Source: Candidatus Velthaea sp. (GTDB lineage: Bacteria; Vulcanimicrobiota; Vulcanimicrobiia; Vulcanimicrobiales; Vulcanimicrobiaceae). From it: a stretch of DNA of 64,000 bases. Positions 59,506-64,000 of the stretch are shown here, in pieces. Where the stretch lies: NCBI GenBank assembly GCA_050012475.1, contig JBEKHC010000010.1, positions 1-64,000 of the forward strand, written 5' to 3'. The first letter of the stretch is position 1. Each line of letters begins with the position of its first letter. Position numbers and translations under genes: made by a program. The notes below the pieces were generated by a model. The model did not search any database and was not told the DNA's origin. It saw only the letters and a program-made list of their open reading frames with translations.

Positions 59506-62500
59506 ATGCTCCAGACGGCGCGCACGGTACGGATCCATTTGTTCGGTCGGCCGCACCTCAGCGAGGATGACGTGCCGCTCAAGTTCAAGGCGCCCGCGCG
59601 CGCATTGTCGCTGCTGACGTATCTCTTCGTCCACGGCAGCGCGCCGCTCAGTCGCGACGCCGTCGCCTTCGCGCTGTGGCCTGACGATATGGAGAGCGAC
59701 GCCCGCGCGAACCTGCGCCGGCATCTCTTCTATCTCACCAACGACGTGCTGCCGCCGCCCGCGCCCCACACGCCGTGGATCGTCGCCGACAAGCGCACCA
59801 TCGGTTGGAACGCTGAGGCTGCGGCCTGGTGCGATCTGCGCGAATTCGAGCGGCTGTCGACGGCCGGCGATGCTTCCGAAGCCGTCGCGCTGTATCGCGG
59901 TGACCTGCTCGAAGGGTTCGAGGATGAGTGGCTCGAGGCACCGCGCGAACGCTTTCGCGAGCTGCAAGTTCGCCTGCTGCTCGACCTCATTGCCGGGAGC
60001 CGGGCGGCGAAGGCGCACGCTGCCGGAATCGGCTACGCCCGGCAACTGCTGGCCATCGATCCCTGGCGCGAGGACGGGATTCGCGCCCTCATCGAACTGC
60101 GCAATGCCAACGGCGACCGGGCCGGCGCGCTCGCGACCTACCGCGATTTCGTCAAACGGCTGGAAGCCGAGATGGGCGTGGCACCGATGCCCGAGACGAC
60201 GCGGGTCTACGAACGCGTCGCGACCATCACGGCGCCGAGCGCGCCGCTCGAAAGCGGCGACGCCGGCGGCGACGCCGGCGCCGGCGACGGCCAGCCGCCA
60301 AGTGAGGCCGAGTCGGCCGACGGCGCGTTCGTTCCCAGCCCGTTCTGGCACGCGCCGCAATCGATCAGCAACGCCGAGGCCGTGCGTTCCGTCCCGAGTT
60401 TTACCGGGCGCGAGGCGGAACTCGCGCTGCTCGAGGCCGCGCTCTGGGAGCGCACGGGACAGGCCGCGATCTTCGGGTTGGGCGGAGTCGGCAAGTCGGC
60501 GCTGGCGCGGGAATACGCGCGCCGCAACCGCGATCGCTACGCCGCGGTGTGGTGGCTCAACGCTGAAACCGAAGCGGGAATCGTCGACGGCCTCGTGCGG
60601 CTGGGTTCGGAGTTCGTGCCGGGGCTCGCCAAGATCGAGGACCGCCGCAGCGCGGCCGAACAGGTCACCGCGAACGTCCTGAGCGGCTTGACCAAGCCGG
60701 TGCTGTTGGTTTTCGACAACCTCGACGACGAGCGGCTCTTGCGCATCTGGGCGCCGCGTTCGGTCGCGCAGATTCTGGTCACGTCACGGCATGCGGTGCT
60801 CGGCGGCGAAATCGTCGCGCTCCGCCTGCAGACTTGGCCGCCGGAGGAAACGGTTCGCTATCTGCAGCGCGAGATCGCGCGCGACGACATCAGCGATTCC
60901 GAGGCGCTGCGGCTTGCCGAGGCGCTGGGGTTTTTGCCGCTCGCGTTGGCTCACGCCGCCGCCTATCTCAAGGGCACGGTCAACGTCAGTGCTGCGCGCT
61001 ATCTCGAACGAATCAACGATTATCTCGATCGCACGCCGCGCGGCGCCGACTACGACCGCGCCGTTTACGCGACGTTCCGCGAAGCCATCGCCCGCGCCGA
61101 AGACGAAGCGCCCGGCGCCGCCGCGCTGCTCGGCCTAGCAAGCTGTTTCGCGCCCGATGCGCTGCCCGAAGAACTCTTCCGTCAGCCGCTGGATAGCTAT
61201 GAAGCGCTCGTCCCGTCGATTCCGCAGGCCGAAAAACCGGCGTTGGATCTGCGGGCCGCGACGCTCGACGCGATCGGATTAGAAGACGCCCTAGGCGCGC
61301 TGCACCGGTTCTCGCTGCTGACGTTTTCGCTCGAAACGCGCACCTACACGCTGCATCGGCTCGTTCAGTGGGCAACGCGCGCACTGCTCGCCGCCGACGC
61401 CGCAGGGTGGACGCGAAGCGCGATCGCAGCGGCGCAGGCAGCGTTTCCGGAAGGTAGTTTCGAGAACTGGACGCAGTGCGAACGGCTCGCACCGCACGCG
61501 CGCGCCGTACTCGAGCGGCTTGCCGACGGAACGTGTCTGCCGTCGGCGGCGCGGCTGGCGCTACGCTGCGGACAATACATGCGCAAGCGCGCCGCCTTTG
61601 CCGAGGCGGAAAGCCTGTTGCGCCGCGGGCTCGCCGTTGCCGAAGCCTGCAGCACGGACGAGCCGTATCCCGAGATCGCAGCCCATATCGAAGCCCTCGC
61701 CGCGCTGCTGCGCGACACCAACCGGTCGGGCGAAGCCGAGCCGCTGCTGCGCCGCTCGATCGAACTCAGTGAAAAGATGTTCGGCCCGCAGCACCCCAAT
61801 GTCGCCGTCGCGCTCAACGAGTTGGCGATCTTGCTGCACTACGCGAACCGGCTCGACGAAGCCGAAGCACTCTATCGCCGCGCCCTCGCAATCGACGAAC
61901 GCACCTTCGGCTCGGATCACCCGGCGGCGGCGCTCCGGTCCCACAATCTCGCGCTCCTGTTGCACGAGACCAACAAACCCGCGGAAGCCGAACCGCTGCT
62001 CGAATGCGCGCTGCGCATCGACGAGCGCGCTCGCGGCCCGCAGCATCCCGACGTGGCCAGCGACCTGGGGAGTTTAGGCTGGCTGATCTTCCAGACCGGC
62101 CGCGTCAACGCCGCCGAACCTTTGCTGCGGCGGACGATCGATATCCGCGCGGCGGCCTACGGGACGCACCATCCGAGCTACGCGCACGCGGTCAGCGACG
62201 TTGCGGTTCTGCTCCACGACACCGGACGATTCAGCGAAGCGGAACTGCTCTACGGCCAAGCGCTGGCGATCTATGAGGCCAGCTACGGCGCGGACCATCC
62301 CGTCGTCGCTGCCTGTTTGAACAACGTCGCCGAACTGTATGCCGACGACGGACGGTTCGAGGAAGCCGAGAAACGGTATCGCCGCGCGCTCGGAAGCGAT
62401 GAAGCGACGTACGGACCGGATCACGCGAACGTGGCCCGCGACCTCAACAACCTCGCCGGTCTGCTCGCAGCGTCGGGGCGGGCGGCGGAAGCGCAGCCTT

Positions 62501-62682
62501 GCCTCGCACGCGCCTCGGCGATCTTGGAGCGCCACTACGCATCCGATCATCCGCGCGTTCAAATCGTCCGCGACAATGGTTTGCTTCTGGAGCACTGGCT
62601 CGCCGAGCCGCCCGCGTCGCCGCCCGCGGGCCCGGCGCGCTGGCGCAACATCCGGCGTTCGCCCTCACGCGGTCTGCGTTAG
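59506..62682 (+). CDS. SARP-type regulator: wHTH/BTAD + NB-ARC + TPR repeats
   Basis: LWP...ARANLR, LYRGDLL, DPWRE; Walker A GLGGVGKS, Walker B LLVFDN, LPLAL; repeated G..HP..A..LN.LA. Confidence 0.9.
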   Translation: MLQTARTVRIHLFGRPHLSEDDVPLKFKAPARALSLLTYLFVHGSAPLSRDAVAFALWPDDMESDARANLRRHLFYLTNDVLPPPAPHTPWIVADKRTIGWNAEAAAWCDLREFERLSTAGDASEAVALYRGDLLEGFEDEWLEAPRERFRELQVRLLLDLIAGSRAAKAHAAGIGYARQLLAIDPWREDGIRALIELRNANGDRAGALATYRDFVKRLEAEMGVAPMPETTRVYERVATITAPSAPLESGDAGGDAGAGDGQPPSEAESADGAFVPSPFWHAPQSISNAEAVRSVPSFTGREAELALLEAALWERTGQAAIFGLGGVGKSALAREYARRNRDRYAAVWWLNAETEAGIVDGLVRLGSEFVPGLAKIEDRRSAAEQVTANVLSGLTKPVLLVFDNLDDERLLRIWAPRSVAQILVTSRHAVLGGEIVALRLQTWPPEETVRYLQREIARDDISDSEALRLAEALGFLPLALAHAAAYLKGTVNVSAARYLERINDYLDRTPRGADYDRAVYATFREAIARAEDEAPGAAALLGLASCFAPDALPEELFRQPLDSYEALVPSIPQAEKPALDLRAATLDAIGLEDALGALHRFSLLTFSLETRTYTLHRLVQWATRALLAADAAGWTRSAIAAAQAAFPEGSFENWTQCERLAPHARAVLERLADGTCLPSAARLALRCGQYMRKRAAFAEAESLLRRGLAVAEACSTDEPYPEIAAHIEALAALLRDTNRSGEAEPLLRRSIELSEKMFGPQHPNVAVALNELAILLHYANRLDEAEALYRRALAIDERTFGSDHPAAALRSHNLALLLHETNKPAEAEPLLECALRIDERARGPQHPDVASDLGSLGWLIFQTGRVNAAEPLLRRTIDIRAAAYGTHHPSYAHAVSDVAVLLHDTGRFSEAELLYGQALAIYEASYGADHPVVAACLNNVAELYADDGRFEEAEKRYRRALGSDEATYGPDHANVARDLNNLAGLLAASGRAAEAQPCLARASAILERHYASDHPRVQIVRDNGLLLEHWLAEPPASPPAGPARWRNIRRSPSRGLR

Positions 62683-62707
62683 CAAGGCTCGGCTGCGCCG
62701 AGCCCGG

Positions 62708-63361
62708 CTAGGCTTCGCGCTGCGCTTCAAAGGCACGCCGCAGGTGCGCGACGCCGAGCCGGACCCGCGACTTGATCGTGCCCGCGGGCGCGCCCAAGGC
62801 GACCGCGGTCGCCTCATAGGTCATGCCCGCGAAATAGACGCACTCCACGGCCGCGCGCTGGTCGGGCGATAACGCCGCCACCGCTGCCGTCAGCCGCGTT
62901 CTCTCATCTTCTGCCGTCGCGACGTCTTCCGGAGAAAACTGGCCGGACGGGAGATGCTGCGCGTCGTCAAGCGACGCCGCGGCTCGCTGGGCGCGCACGT
63001 GGTCGATCGCGGCATTGCGTGCCACGGTCGTCAGCCACGGACGCAGCCGGAGTGACTTGGCAACCAGACGGTCTGCCCGAACCCAGAGCGCGGTGAACGT
63101 CTGTTGCGCGACGTCCTCGGCGGCGTCGCAATCACGGCAGATTTGGAGCGCTGCGCTCACGACCGCCGAGCGATGCCGGCCATGCAGCTCTTCGAAGGCC
63201 GCTTGATCGTCCCAGCGGGCGACTTCGGCGAGCAGCCGCATCTCGTATGCTTCATCGATGGTTTGCGCCGGGTTGAAGCGGCGGACCGAACGCGGTTTCG
63301 CGGCCGTCGACGAGCGTGCCGGCGCGGTTTTCGGAGCGAGCGGAGAGGTGGGTGAAAACAT
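62708..63361 (-). CDS. ECF sigma factor (SigK-like)
   Basis: AFEEL, AEDVAQ..F..LW, WL...ARN.AID, GTIKSR.R. Confidence 0.9.
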   Translation of the reverse strand: MFSPTSPLAPKTAPARSSTAAKPRSVRRFNPAQTIDEAYEMRLLAEVARWDDQAAFEELHGRHRSAVVSAALQICRDCDAAEDVAQQTFTALWVRADRLVAKSLRLRPWLTTVARNAAIDHVRAQRAAASLDDAQHLPSGQFSPEDVATAEDERTRLTAAVAALSPDQRAAVECVYFAGMTYEATAVALGAPAGTIKSRVRLGVAHLRRAFEAQREA

Positions 63362-63459
63362 CGGAACGGCCCTTTCGGTCGGTGACGGGCGCTGAGATCA
63401 GCGTGCTGTCAGAATACCGAATGAACCGTCCCAGAAGCGTCCGTTTTGCGTCGTTCGGG

Positions 63460-64000
63460 TTAGGCGGCTTCCTGTGCCGGCGCCGCCGGCAGCGCGACCT
63501 TCGCGCGCTCCGAGAAAACCGCGTCTTCGTAGTACTTGATCTTGCGTCCGTAGATCGGCGCATGCCCGGCCACGAAGACGAGCGCGTCGTCCGGCGGCAA
63601 GCGTCGGGCTTCGTCGGGGGTCAGCAGCGGCCGTTCGGTTTCGGCAACGCTGATTTGAACGTTGCCGCGGAAGCCGAGCCGGCCGCCGGAGTAGCTGCGC
63701 TGCTCGGTTCGCACCGTGGCCTGTCCGGCGAGCTTCGAGAGCAGTTCCATCGTCTCGAGTTTGTTGGGCGCGTACGCCACTTGCACGTGGCAGTTGGCCA
63801 TGATCGTTTCGGTCGAGTTGGGGCCGCCGTAGGCCGCCTGCAGCTGCGCGACGTCTTGGGTGATGAGATAGCTCTTGATGCCGTATCCGGCCATGTACGC
63901 CAGCGCCGTCTGCAGGATCTCGAGTTTGCCCAGCGACGGCAATTCGTCGATCATCAGCAACAGTTTATGCTTGTATCCCGCGACGCTGCGGCCGCCCTCG
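63460..64000 (-). CDS. VirD4/TraG-family type IV coupling protein, 3' part
   Basis: LLMIDELPSLG.L, MAGYG, ITQD..QL...YG, RPLLTPDE. Confidence 0.9.
   Translation of the reverse strand, partial: EGGRSVAGYKHKLLLMIDELPSLGKLEILQTALAYMAGYGIKSYLITQDVAQLQAAYGGPNSTETIMANCHVQVAYAPNKLETMELLSKLAGQATVRTEQRSYSGGRLGFRGNVQISVAETERPLLTPDEARRLPPDDALVFVAGHAPIYGRKIKYYEDAVFSERAKVALPAAPAQEAA

Noticed and set aside
61600..62560. Periodic repeats resembling an array
   Set aside because: They are coding TPR repeats within one ORF, not CRISPR. No repeat-spacer array or cas gene was seen anywhere in the window.

Overview
High-GC bacterial chromosomal window with four blocks. (1) 1.3-17.4 kb is a phenol degradation locus: a six-subunit multicomponent phenol hydroxylase (dmpKLMNOP-like) plus meta-cleavage genes, with a duplicated operator/ferredoxin/catechol 2,3-dioxygenase module, a divergent GntR regulator, no dmpF/dmpG in the window, and an LRA5-like SDR in the operon. 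(2) 17.5-33.9 kb is mostly housekeeping or metabolic: split XdhC, TPP enzyme, NudC, S41 protease, gnd, ketose epimerase, ettA, GMC oxidoreductase, AKR, uvrC. (3) 34-55.4 kb is a strongly reduced flagellar-type type III secretion cluster. It has the full export gate and ATPase, shortened rod/hook proteins, FliF fused to a FliG middle-domain-like segment, no stator, flagellin or cap genes in the window, and two small Hrp-pilin-like genes. This is the best candidate for an undescribed system: a non-rotating, flagellum-derived secretion or pilus machine. (4) 55.3-64 kb is an accessory island: a class II lanthipeptide pair (lanM plus an unusual 7-Cys precursor) bracketed by a partial duplication of a SARP/NB-ARC/TPR gene, then an ECF sigma factor and a VirD4-like coupling protein running off the window. 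All calls come from motif recognition by eye and no database searches were run. Taxonomy cannot be established; Vulcanimicrobiota (Eremiobacterota) is only a guess.
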